From assembly GCA_044343935.1 (NCBI GenBank), contig JBIJDU010000003.1, forward strand, positions 5,365 to 69,364: DNA of 64,000 nt, in the 5' to 3' direction. Below the pieces are notes generated by a model. The model ran no database searches, was not told the DNA's origin, and was given only the letters and a program-made list of their open reading frames with translations. Every line of letters begins with the position of its first letter. The stretch's first letter is position 1. The position numbers were made by a program, and so were the translations under genes. This DNA comes from Candidatus Nanopelagicales bacterium (GTDB lineage Bacteria > Actinomycetota > Actinomycetes > S36-B12 > UBA5976). Positions 28,501 through 37,644 of the stretch are shown in pieces.

Positions 28501-29625
28501 ATGAGCACTGATAGCAGAAGGGATGACGTGTCGGCCAAACCGAAGATTGTGCTTCATATCGGAACTATGAAGTCTGGCACCACCTATCTGCAGCATGGAC
28601 TGCTGAGCCAGTTGTCGCAGCTAGCCGAGAATGGTTGGCTTTATCCAATGCAATTTGCGCCAGCACGAGGTGCGATAAATCATGAGCGAGCAATTTATGG
28701 ACTAGTGGGAAACCATATTCCTTGGGTTGATAGCGCAACAGCGCAACGGATGGCACCGCAATGGCAGAAATTGATCACCGAGATTTCAACCACTAATAGC
28801 AATGTGCTGTTATCTGCTGAAGCAGTTGCGGTAATGATGGAGGATGGAATTGAGAAGTTGTTATCGGCGCTTCCTGTTCGAGATATTGAAGTGGTGCTTA
28901 CCGCTCGAGATTTAGCTCGAGTGCTTCCCTCGTCGTGGCAGCAGAGTGTTCGAAATGGCAGACCATATGGTTATGAAGAATATTTTGACCGCATCAAACG
29001 TGCCAAAGAATTACCAATCAACGAATCAGTTGGTAGCAATTTCTGGCGAAGTTACCAACTGAGTGATGTAGTTTTAAGATGGCAGAAATTTATTCCGTTA
29101 GCGAACATCTCAATAGTCACAGTGCCGACAAAGTTAAGTTCAGATTCGCTTTGGGCTAGATTTGTGAACGCAGTGAATCTGCCATTGGAGACTAGTGAAC
29201 CAATATTTGATGATAAAAAAGCTCATACTTCAATCACTTGGCCTGAAGCGGAGGTCTTGACTCAGCTGAACCAAAAGTGGGCAAAACAAGGTAAGCCTAA
29301 GAAAGCACAAGATCAATTGCGTCGCCGAATTGTGCAGGAGGGGTTTCAGCATCGAGCTAATCGCGGCCAGGCAATTGCGCTCACCGCACCTTGGCTTTCG
29401 CTAGCCCAGCAATGGGCGGCGCAAGATGTTGAACAATTGCTGCAAATTGGGGTGCGAATTCAAGGCAATATCAACGAACTTCTCACAGCAGCGGAGTTAG
29501 CCCCAGCTCAGCCGTGTACTGCGGCTGAAATTGCCGAGGCGAGCGAAGTTGCTGCTCGATTCCATGATCGAATGCGACTGCAGGCAATAACTACCCTTTT
29601 TGGCATCTCTCGAAAACGCAGTTAA
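28501..29625 (+). CDS. predicted PAPS-dependent sulfotransferase-fold protein
   Basis: IVLHIGTMKSGTTYLQ resembles the 5'-phosphosulfate-binding loop (K-[ST]-G-T-T). LTARDLARVLPSSWQQS resembles the 3'-phosphate-binding R...S motif. It is the first gene of a + strand run with ugd and cysD. Confidence 0.6.
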   Translation: MSTDSRRDDVSAKPKIVLHIGTMKSGTTYLQHGLLSQLSQLAENGWLYPMQFAPARGAINHERAIYGLVGNHIPWVDSATAQRMAPQWQKLITEISTTNSNVLLSAEAVAVMMEDGIEKLLSALPVRDIEVVLTARDLARVLPSSWQQSVRNGRPYGYEEYFDRIKRAKELPINESVGSNFWRSYQLSDVVLRWQKFIPLANISIVTVPTKLSSDSLWARFVNAVNLPLETSEPIFDDKKAHTSITWPEAEVLTQLNQKWAKQGKPKKAQDQLRRRIVQEGFQHRANRGQAIALTAPWLSLAQQWAAQDVEQLLQIGVRIQGNINELLTAAELAPAQPCTAAEIAEASEVAARFHDRMRLQAITTLFGISRKRS

Positions 29626-29658
29626 GGTAGATTTGGCCGCATCAACCGCTAGGACTTA

Positions 29659-30972
29659 ATGACTACAGGCATGCAGGTATCCGTTGTTGGATGCGGCTAT
29701 TTAGGCGCGGTATTAGCTGCTGTGCTAGCCGAACAAGGCAATCAAGTGATTGGGCTTGATGTCGATGACGCCAAAGTCTCCCAACTAAATTCTGGTATTC
29801 CGCCATTTTTCGAACCAGAGTTTGAATCTGTTCTGCAGCGTTCATTAGCGAGCGGCAAATTAAGCTTCACAACTGATCCAGCCAGAATAGCTAGTAGTGA
29901 GATTGTGTTCATTTGTGTTGGCACCCCACAGCTTGACGGTGGTGCCGCTGATTTATCGCAACTATGGCGAGCTGCTGATGCTATTGCACCACATTTATCA
30001 CCAACTGCAATTGTGGTTGGTCGCTCAACTGTGCCAGTTGGTACAGCTGCAAAATTAGAACAGCGGCTTAATCAGAAATCTGGTCATAGTTTCCAATTAG
30101 CTTGGAATCCAGAATTTCTGCGCGAAGGTCATGCTATAGCTGACACTCGATTGCCAGATCGAATTGTGATCGGATCAACAAACGCTGATGCAATTACAAA
30201 GATTAAAGATATTTATCAACCACAGTTAGTCAATCAAGTTCCGTTCTTGGTTATGGATGTTTCAACTGCCGAACTAGTTAAAGTATCCGCAAATGCATTT
30301 TTGGCAACAAAAATTTCATTTATTAATGCAATTTCAGAAGTTGCCGATATTGCTGGGGCTGACATTGTTGCGTTGGCTGAAGCAATTGGTCTTGATCCAA
30401 GAATTGGAAACAAGTTTCTAGCCGCTGGCGTTGGCTTTGGTGGTGGCTGCTTACCAAAAGACATTCGCGCCTTTATCGCAAGCAGTCAAGAGATTGGTGC
30501 TGGTGAAGCGATGCAATTCTTAGTTGAAGTTGACCGGATCAATCTGCGCCAGCGCGATCGAGTAGTTAAGTTGGCAACATCCAAACTAGGTAATGTAGCT
30601 GGCAAGAAGGTCGTGGTGCTCGGCGCTGCCTTTAAGCCCAATAGCGATGACGTCCGCGACTCCCCAGCGCTAGATGTGGCAAATGCCATGCATCAACTTG
30701 GCGCGACGGTATTTGTCCACGACCCAAAGGCCATCGATAACGCTCGAGCGCGCTTTCCGGAGCTCAATTATGAGCGTGACCTCACCGAAATTTTTAAGAA
30801 TGCTGAATTAGTATTGCACTTAACCGAATGGCAGCAGTATCGAGAGTTAGATCCGGCAAAGTTGCTATCCAAGGTGGCTAATCCAGTAATTATTGATGGC
30901 CGAAACGTGCTGGATTTTGCAAAGTGGCGAGCTGCTGGCTGGCAGATTGCTGGAATGGGCAAACGGACTTAA
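29659..30972 (+). CDS. ugd: UDP-glucose 6-dehydrogenase
   Basis: [13 protein letters not shown]ossmann motif. Catalytic Cys [19 protein letters not shown]. Confidence 0.92.
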   Translation: MTTGMQVSVVGCGYLGAVLAAVLAEQGNQVIGLDVDDAKVSQLNSGIPPFFEPEFESVLQRSLASGKLSFTTDPARIASSEIVFICVGTPQLDGGAADLSQLWRAADAIAPHLSPTAIVVGRSTVPVGTAAKLEQRLNQKSGHSFQLAWNPEFLREGHAIADTRLPDRIVIGSTNADAITKIKDIYQPQLVNQVPFLVMDVSTAELVKVSANAFLATKISFINAISEVADIAGADIVALAEAIGLDPRIGNKFLAAGVGFGGGCLPKDIRAFIASSQEIGAGEAMQFLVEVDRINLRQRDRVVKLATSKLGNVAGKKVVVLGAAFKPNSDDVRDSPALDVANAMHQLGATVFVHDPKAIDNARARFPELNYERDLTEIFKNAELVLHLTEWQQYRELDPAKLLSKVANPVIIDGRNVLDFAKWRAAGWQIAGMGKRT

Positions 30973-31889
30973 TGACTAGTGAACTAATTAGTACTGACCA
31001 GGTGTTAGACGCACTTGAGTCAGAGGCAATTGGTATTTTGCGTGAAACTGCTGGAGCATTCAAGAATCCAGTTGTGCTCTATTCGGTTGGTAAAGATTCC
31101 AGCGTTTTGCTTGAACTTGTTAAAAAAGCATTCGCGCCAGCGCCAATTCCATTCACTTTTCTTCATGTCGATACCACATTTGATCCCCATGAAATGATCG
31201 AATTTAGAGACGCAATCGCAAAGGAACTAGGACTTAATTTAGTCGTGCATGTAAACCCTGAGGGCGCAAACGGGGCAGTTACGCCGTGGACCCATGGCGT
31301 TCAGGAATACACCAGAATTATGAAAACAATTGCGTTACGACAGGCCTTAGATGCGGGCGGCTATGACGCAGCTATCGGAGGGGCAAGGCGTGACGAAGAG
31401 CGTTCTCGCTCAAAAGAGCGAGTGTTTAGTTTGCGCGAACCCGGCCACCGTTGGGAACCAAGAAATCAACGCCCGGAGATGTGGCGAACGCGCAATACGT
31501 CTTTAACTGAAGGTCAAACTATGCGGGTTTTCCCATTGAGTAATTGGACTGAAGTAGACATCTGGCGTTACATCAGGCGCGAAAAAATCAAACTAGTTCC
31601 ACTTTATTTCGCTAAACCCAGGCGAAGTATTATCCGTGATGGTCAGGTGATTGTTTTGGATGACGATCGCATGCCCCTTCTTCCCGGTGAAGTTCCACAA
31701 GATCGGATCGTGAGATTTAGATCGTTAGGATGCTATCCAGTTACCGCGGCTATTGAATCGACCGCCGCTACCATAGATGAGCTCGTCGCCGAAATGGAAG
31801 CTGCCCGCATTAGTGAAAGAGCAGGGAGACTTATCGATGGCGATCGAGAGGATTCGATGGAAGCAAAAAAGACCGAAGGTTATTTCTAA
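30972..31889 (+). CDS. cysD: sulfate adenylyltransferase subunit 2 (copy 1)
   Basis: ATG at 30972 overlaps the ugd stop (TAATG). PP-loop [19 protein letters not shown], and the C-terminus KKTEGYF. Confidence 0.93.
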   Translation: MTSELISTDQVLDALESEAIGILRETAGAFKNPVVLYSVGKDSSVLLELVKKAFAPAPIPFTFLHVDTTFDPHEMIEFRDAIAKELGLNLVVHVNPEGANGAVTPWTHGVQEYTRIMKTIALRQALDAGGYDAAIGGARRDEERSRSKERVFSLREPGHRWEPRNQRPEMWRTRNTSLTEGQTMRVFPLSNWTEVDIWRYIRREKIKLVPLYFAKPRRSIIRDGQVIVLDDDRMPLLPGEVPQDRIVRFRSLGCYPVTAAIESTAATIDELVAEMEAARISERAGRLIDGDREDSMEAKKTEGYF

Positions 31890-31901
31890 TCCATTACAAA
31901 T

Positions 31902-32756
31902 TTAGGGATTACAACTTTCGCATCGCGCTGGCTCTAATACCGTCGCCACAACTCTTTTCATCACCATGAAATCGCATGAAACGCAGCCAAGTAGTTCTCG
32001 GTGCACAGCATCAGGATTTAATCGATCGCAATCTCTGCAACGTAATCCTCGATCATATATCTCTTTTCCCCAACCTGGACAATCGCACTTGGGGCAGAGA
32101 GCGCAAATTCGAGCTATCAGATTATTACCCAAGCTTGCAAGATTTTTCTGTCGTGATGGTGATGAGTTAGCGCGAAAATCTGACTCTATAACTACTTGTT
32201 TATCGTTAGACTTATCAGCAATCTGAGCAATTGCAAAACTAAGTTTTGCTATCTCATCAATTCCCTTTACTGAAAATTTTTTGCCGCTTGATTTATACCC
32301 ACTAACAATCAACTTATGTTTTGGAAAGTCTGCCCGAACTAAGAATTCACTCAAATCAGTAGTTGGGTCGGCTGTTATTCTTGCAGCCACTATTTCGGTA
32401 AATCGTTTCGAGACTTCAATTACTAAGTCTCTCTCACCATCACAAAAGACCATTGTCTCGATATCAGAGTTAATAAACGGCAAAACCGGATCTGCTCCGA
32501 TAGATCCTTCTGAACCAATTCCAAAACTTAAACCAAGTTCTTCCATACCCCATTTTGCCTTGATTAAAGCTGTATCAAACGGAGAATTTAATCGAGCAAT
32601 CTCGCCACTGAAAGTGCCCAGGGTGTCGGTATCCACGTTAGCATTAACAATTTTCGCTGATAGTTTTTCTAAAAAAAATGGCGCAATGATTAAATGCTTT
32701 TGGTGTTTTGTTGCAAAGGCAATTTCTTTTCCGTAATAAGGGTGGGGTTTTTGCAC
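31902..32756 (-). CDS. uncharacterised protein with C-terminal double zinc ribbon (resembles what I recall as DUF6671; unverified)
   Basis: 284 aa. N-terminal motifs ATKHQKH, DTDTLGTFSGE and GSEGSIGADPVLPF. The C-terminus has CALCPKCDC...CRDC...CVSC...CESC. Lower-GC coding sequence. Confidence 0.7.
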   Translation of the reverse strand: MQKPHPYYGKEIAFATKHQKHLIIAPFFLEKLSAKIVNANVDTDTLGTFSGEIARLNSPFDTALIKAKWGMEELGLSFGIGSEGSIGADPVLPFINSDIETMVFCDGERDLVIEVSKRFTEIVAARITADPTTDLSEFLVRADFPKHKLIVSGYKSSGKKFSVKGIDEIAKLSFAIAQIADKSNDKQVVIESDFRANSSPSRQKNLASLGNNLIARICALCPKCDCPGWGKEIYDRGLRCRDCDRLNPDAVHRELLGCVSCDFMVMKRVVATVLEPARCESCNP

Positions 32757-32767
32757 GATTTTGAAAG

Positions 32768-33130
32768 TTATTGGAAAATCGAAATTAGTGAGCCAATTGA
32801 CTCATTAGACTCCGATGGGTGCCTAAATTTTCTGGTTGCGTTTATCTTATAGGTGTTTTTTCGTCCCTTTTTTACAACTCGAATATACCCAGCCTCAGCT
32901 AGATCAGAGATGATGGCTTGAGCGCTACGCTCCGTAATTCCTACCGTATTTGCTATGTCCCTAATCAGACTGTCTGGATATCGAGACACATGAACAAGGA
33001 CATGACCATGATTGGAAAGAAATGTCCACTGTTTTCGATTTATTGCAGTCTGGGCACTGGTCGCCTTCTTTACCTTGCTCTGCATAGCCAAATAATACCT
33101 GAAATCTTCCTCAGGTATAGATCCTGACAT
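32768..33130 (-). CDS. small winged-helix DNA-binding protein (ArsR/MarR-like)
   Basis: 120 aa. HTH-like IRDIANTVGITERSAQAIISDLAEAGYI, followed by a wing VVKKGRKNTYKIN. Confidence 0.72.
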   Translation of the reverse strand: MSGSIPEEDFRYYLAMQSKVKKATSAQTAINRKQWTFLSNHGHVLVHVSRYPDSLIRDIANTVGITERSAQAIISDLAEAGYIRVVKKGRKNTYKINATRKFRHPSESNESIGSLISIFQ

Positions 33131-33143
33131 CGAATTATTTGTT

Positions 33144-33171
33144 TTGACAAGAAAATTTTTTCCTGTATTGT
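33144..33171 (+). promoter_or_regulatory. sigma70-like promoter giving a leaderless or near-leaderless IDH-like mRNA
   Basis: TTGACA (33144-33149), a 16-nt spacer, then TATTGT (33166-33171). The first ATG is at 33179, 7 nt after the -10 element, and no SD is visible. The whole divergent gap is 48 nt. Confidence 0.4.
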
Positions 33172-33178
33172 ACTTCCT

Positions 33179-34624
33179 ATGATGATGATAAATCCCGTTA
33201 AGACCGTCACGGTAATCCCAGGTGATGGTATTGGTCCAGAGGTCATTAGTTCAGTAAAAGAACTCATTTCGGCAAGTGGTGCGAGGGTGGAATGGGAAGA
33301 GCAAATCGCTGGTGAGCATGCCTTTCAGCGGGGAATTGCAACCGGCGTACCGATTGAAACCATAGAATCTATTGAGAAGAATCGGGTAGTTCTCAAAGGA
33401 CCATTGGCTACCCCAATCGGCCATGGTCAAAAAAGCGCGAATGTTACGTTGCGTAAATTTTTTGAAACTTTTGCCAATATCCGACCGGCCAGAGAGCTCC
33501 CAGGGGTGCCTAGTGCATTCGCGGGAAGAGGCATTGACTTTGTGGTGGTCCGCGAAAATATCGAGGATCTTTATGCTGGCGTAGAACACTTTCAGACGCC
33601 AAATGTAACGCAATGTTTGAAACTAATTTCAAGGCTTGGCTGTCAACGAATCAGTGATGCGGCCTTTGCTTTTGCGGTTGCTGAGCATAGAAGGCATGTC
33701 ACAGTTGCCACTAAAGCTAACATAATGAAACTGACCGAAGGGATGTTCAAAAGCGAATTTGAGGCTATAGCTGCTCGTTATCCTGAAATTACAACATCTC
33801 ACATGCTTATAGATAACTGTGCACATCAAATGGTGATTAAGCCAGAACAATTCGACGTAATAGTTACTTCCAACATGAATGGTGACATAATTAGCGATCT
33901 TGCCAGTGGCCTAGTAGGTGGACTTGGATTCGCACCTTCAGCAAATATTGGGTACGACATTGCCATGTTTGAACCTGTTCATGGTACGGCACCAGATATT
34001 GCAGGTTTGAACAAAGCAAATCCAACCGCTGCTATTTTGTCGGCAACAATGTTACTTCGTCACATCAATGAGTTTGATTCAGCGAATAAAATTGAACAGG
34101 CTTTATTTGCTACTCTCGATCAAAATATATTTACATCTGATGTCGCGAAGGATAATGGATTAAGCACGAGCAAATTCACCGAAGAGATCATTTCACGATT
34201 GGGATCTAAATCCAGCATGCAATCAAGAGCACACAAGTCTTTTGATATGACCAAAATTATGCCTGAAAACAGTGACCTAAAGGCAGGTTCAAGAGAGAAA
34301 GTTGGCGTTGATATCTTTATTGAAACTAACGATAGCCCTGAAAATCTGGCTTGGAAAATTGAGATGATCATCAAGGAAACTCCTTATACTCTCAAAATGA
34401 TTTCTAATCGTGGAACTCAAGTTTGGCCCGCTACTGGAGGATCAGCTACTTTGGTTGATCACTTCAGATGTAGATTTGTTATTTCGGATCGCAGCAGATG
34501 GAATGACCGCTCTATCTTGGAATTAGTTTCAATTATTTCAAACCATTTTAGGTGGATGCACATTGAAAAATTAGAGCAAATCAATGGCTCTCCTGGGTTC
34601 TCTAAAGCCCACGGTGAAAATTGA
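33179..34624 (+). CDS. NAD-type isocitrate dehydrogenase family enzyme with ~145-aa extra C-terminal domain
   Basis: VIPGDGIGPEV and LKGPLATPIGHGQKSANVTLRKFFETFANIRP (the IDH3-like substrate loop), plus NMNGDIISDLASGLVGGLG. Residues from about 335 to 481 have no counterpart in ~335-aa IDH/IPMDH enzymes. Confidence 0.85.
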   Translation: MMMINPVKTVTVIPGDGIGPEVISSVKELISASGARVEWEEQIAGEHAFQRGIATGVPIETIESIEKNRVVLKGPLATPIGHGQKSANVTLRKFFETFANIRPARELPGVPSAFAGRGIDFVVVRENIEDLYAGVEHFQTPNVTQCLKLISRLGCQRISDAAFAFAVAEHRRHVTVATKANIMKLTEGMFKSEFEAIAARYPEITTSHMLIDNCAHQMVIKPEQFDVIVTSNMNGDIISDLASGLVGGLGFAPSANIGYDIAMFEPVHGTAPDIAGLNKANPTAAILSATMLLRHINEFDSANKIEQALFATLDQNIFTSDVAKDNGLSTSKFTEEIISRLGSKSSMQSRAHKSFDMTKIMPENSDLKAGSREKVGVDIFIETNDSPENLAWKIEMIIKETPYTLKMISNRGTQVWPATGGSATLVDHFRCRFVISDRSRWNDRSILELVSIISNHFRWMHIEKLEQINGSPGFSKAHGEN

Positions 34625-34888
34625 TCTAATCAGTAAATTCTTCTCATCTGGATTCATCTTTACCTGGATTCGGACATAAAATAGCCACGCGGAGCAAAAA
34701 ATGTCGGCCAAGGCATTTATGTTCAGATTCACCACATAGGATTCGTCGGGTACTAATGAAAGGTAATCCTGAACTAGATTAACTAGGCATAAAGAGCAAC
34801 CGTAAGTCGATGCCAATAATCGCTAAACTGAAGGTGTTAATCTGATTGCCATAGCCAATCAAACGTGAAGAGTAGGTCAGATACGGTT

Positions 34889-35806
34889 ATGTCCATGTCA
34901 ACAATCAGTACCCATCAAGTGCTTGATGCTTTAGAGGCCGAAGCGATAGGAATTCTTCGTGAGACTGCCGGATCATTCAAAAATCCAGTCTTGATGTATT
35001 CGATTGGCAAAGATTCAAGCGTGCTGTTGGAGCTTGCTCGCAAGGCATTTTTTCCGGCTCCAATCCCATTTACATTCCTTCATATTGACACTACTTTTAA
35101 ATTTCGAGAGATGATTGAGTTTCGTGAGGCTCGCGCTAAAGAGTTTGGTTTAAACCTAATTGTTCACACCAATCCCGAAGGAGCCAACGGCGAAGTTACA
35201 GCTTGGACTCATGGTGCACAGGAATACACTCGAATCATGAAAACTGTTGCTCTCCGCCAAGCATTAGATGCGGGAGGATATGACGCCGCGATTGGCGGTG
35301 CTCGTCGCGACGAAGAGCGTTCTCGCTCCAAAGAGCGGGTATTTAGTTTACGAGAGCAAGGGCATCGCTGGGAGCCAAGAAATCAGCGACCAGAAATGTG
35401 GCGATCTAGGAATACTGCGTTAAGCGAGGGTCAATCAATGCGTGTATTTCCATTGAGTAATTGGACCGAAATTGATGTCTGGCGTTATATCAAACGTGAA
35501 AATATTGAAATTGTGCCACTTTATTACGCTAAGCCAAGAAGAAGCGTGATAAGAGATGGTCAGATTATTGTGCTAGACGATGATCGTATGCCACTTCTGC
35601 CAGGTGAGGTGCCGCAAAACCGGATGGTGAGATTTCGATCGCTTGGTTGCTATCCAGTGACTGCTGCAATTGAATCAACTGCAACAACAATGGATGAATT
35701 GGTCGCCGAAATGGAAGCAATAAAAGTAAGTGAACGCGCTGGTCGATTAATTGATGGTGATCGCGAAGCATCCATGGAAGCCAAAAAGACGGAAGGGTAT
35801 TTCTGA
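34889..35806 (+). CDS. cysD: sulfate adenylyltransferase subunit 2 (copy 2)
   Basis: ATG 34889 was chosen because [11 protein letters not shown] aligns with [11 protein letters not shown] of copy 1. [11 protein letters not shown] and GGARRDEE motifs. The stop overlaps the cysNC start (TGATG). Confidence 0.92.
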   Translation: MSMSTISTHQVLDALEAEAIGILRETAGSFKNPVLMYSIGKDSSVLLELARKAFFPAPIPFTFLHIDTTFKFREMIEFREARAKEFGLNLIVHTNPEGANGEVTAWTHGAQEYTRIMKTVALRQALDAGGYDAAIGGARRDEERSRSKERVFSLREQGHRWEPRNQRPEMWRSRNTALSEGQSMRVFPLSNWTEIDVWRYIKRENIEIVPLYYAKPRRSVIRDGQIIVLDDDRMPLLPGEVPQNRMVRFRSLGCYPVTAAIESTATTMDELVAEMEAIKVSERAGRLIDGDREASMEAKKTEGYF

Positions 35807-37644
35807 TGTCCACTTCAACAACACCATTATTGCGCGTTGTGACCTGTGGTTCAGTTGATGACGGCAAGAGCACATTGATCGGTCGGTTATTGGTAGAAAC
35901 TGATTCCGTTCCACTTGATGAAGTGGAACGCGCTCGCACATATCGCAGAGCTGGGTCAATTATTCCAATAGGTGAAGTAGATTATTCATTGCTGACTGAT
36001 GGTTTAGAGGCTGAGCGGGAACAAGGCATAACTATCGATGTGGCATACCGGCACTTACTACTGCCATCTGGCCGAAGAGTCATTCTGGCTGATGGCCCAG
36101 GCCATGAGCAATACACGAGAAATATGGCGGTTGCTGCATCGGACGCTGATGTTGCACTGCTGCTCGTCGATGCAACTAAAGGTGTTCGGGATCAAACTAT
36201 GCGCCACCTAACGGTTTGCGCACTTATGGGTGTGGGAACTGTAATTGCCGTTATCAATAAATTGGATGCTAAGGATTTTTCTGAGCAAATTGCAGCTGAC
36301 ATTGCTACAAGATTAACTGAGGCGGCAAATCGACTTGGGGTAAAAAACTTAATGATGATTCCCGTTAGTGCACTTTTGGGTGATAACGTAATTACGGAAA
36401 GTAAAAATACTCCTTGGTATAACGGACCAACGGTGTTAGGTGCATTGCAGCAATGGCAACCTGGCCAATCGCTGGCTGATCAATCGCTAAGGTTACCGGT
36501 ACAGACAATCTTGCGAGCAGACAACTGGCGCGGTTATGGCGGTACTTTAGTTAGTGGCACTTTACGTTTGGGTGATAGTTTTGTAGTTGCGCAAACAGGT
36601 AAGCAAGCAAAAGTTGCTGAAATGTATGTAAATGGCAAAGTAGCAAGTCAAGCACTACCTGGTGAGGCAGTTGCAATCAAACCAGATGTTGAAATAGACA
36701 TCTCTAGAGGCGATGTAATTTCTGACAAATTACAAGACTTACAACCAGCCGATAGGTTTTCTGCTGATTTGGTTTGGATTGGTGAAGAGCCGTTAGCCCA
36801 TGGCCGGTCATATGCCTTGATCTCAGGTCCAGCGTCTGTTAATGCCACTGTCACCACTATTCGCCACAAACTCGATGTTAATACTGGCCATGAAGATGCT
36901 GCCCGCGTACTAAATCTTAATGAAATTGGTCGAGTTACTATCGCAACTGAAAAACCGATTCCGTTAGATCTTTACAGTGAGATGCGAGATACCGGTGGTT
37001 TCTTATTAGTTGATCGAGTTACTAAACACACAGTTGCTGCTGGCATGGTGCACCATGTGCTGCGTCGCTCATTTAACGTGGTGCCACATGAGTTTGAGAT
37101 CAATAAAGAAGCTCGCGGTCGATTAAAAGCTCAAACACCAAAAGTAATTTGGCTAACTGGTCTGCCAGGCTCGGGTAAATCTACGCTAGCAAATGAAGTA
37201 GAGCGCCGACTTTATGCAGCTGGCGTCCACACTTATCTGCTCGATGGCGATAACGTGCGAACTGGCTTAAACAAAGACCTAGGTTTCACTGCAACTGATC
37301 GAGCTGAGAATGTTCGTCGAGTCGGCGAAGTTGCTAAGTTGATGGTGGATGCTGGTTTGATAGTTCTAGTATCGCTAGTTTCACCGTTTAGAAGCGACCG
37401 AGATGCAGTGAAAGAGTTATTCCCAACCGGCGAGTTCATTGAGGTATTTGTTAATACGCCAGTTGAGATTTGTGCGCAGCGAGATCCAAAAGGACTATAC
37501 GCAAAAGCGCAAGCTGGTAATCTGCCAAATATGACTGGCATGGGACAAAATTACGAACCACCACTTAAGGCGGATTTAGTAATTGATGGCACCGCAGACT
37601 TGGCGCAAAGCGCAGCTTTAGTTATCTCAAAAATTATGGGTTAA
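35806..37644 (+). CDS. cysNC: bifunctional sulfate adenylyltransferase subunit 1 / adenylylsulfate kinase
   Basis: GTPase motifs [18 protein letters not shown] and NKLD. C-terminal APS kinase [13 protein letters not shown] and LDGDNVR. Confidence 0.95.
   Translation: MSTSTTPLLRVVTCGSVDDGKSTLIGRLLVETDSVPLDEVERARTYRRAGSIIPIGEVDYSLLTDGLEAEREQGITIDVAYRHLLLPSGRRVILADGPGHEQYTRNMAVAASDADVALLLVDATKGVRDQTMRHLTVCALMGVGTVIAVINKLDAKDFSEQIAADIATRLTEAANRLGVKNLMMIPVSALLGDNVITESKNTPWYNGPTVLGALQQWQPGQSLADQSLRLPVQTILRADNWRGYGGTLVSGTLRLGDSFVVAQTGKQAKVAEMYVNGKVASQALPGEAVAIKPDVEIDISRGDVISDKLQDLQPADRFSADLVWIGEEPLAHGRSYALISGPASVNATVTTIRHKLDVNTGHEDAARVLNLNEIGRVTIATEKPIPLDLYSEMRDTGGFLLVDRVTKHTVAAGMVHHVLRRSFNVVPHEFEINKEARGRLKAQTPKVIWLTGLPGSGKSTLANEVERRLYAAGVHTYLLDGDNVRTGLNKDLGFTATDRAENVRRVGEVAKLMVDAGLIVLVSLVSPFRSDRDAVKELFPTGEFIEVFVNTPVEICAQRDPKGLYAKAQAGNLPNMTGMGQNYEPPLKADLVIDGTADLAQSAALVISKIMG

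Noticed and set aside
32281-32736. 151-aa + strand ORF inside the island zinc-ribbon gene
   Set aside because: The minus-strand ORF spans the whole interval with structured motifs and Cys pairs. The + ORF is Ser/Lys/Ile-rich and low-complexity, as expected by chance in AT-rich DNA.
34571-34816. 81-aa minus-strand ORF in the IDH-cysD2 spacer
   Set aside because: It overlaps the IDH-like 3' end, has no RBS or motif, and lies in AT-rich sequence. It is more likely non-coding spacer or promoter for cysD2. An imperfect palindrome TGATTGCC-ATA-GCCAATCA (34843-34861) was noted but is too weak to call.
30972-35806. cysD duplication as a recent tandem duplication or assembly artefact
   Set aside because: The copies differ at about 15 percent of residues, with many synonymous nucleotide changes throughout. 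Each has its own distinct coupling context (TAATG to ugd, TGATG to cysNC). A collapsed or duplicated assembly repeat would be near-identical.
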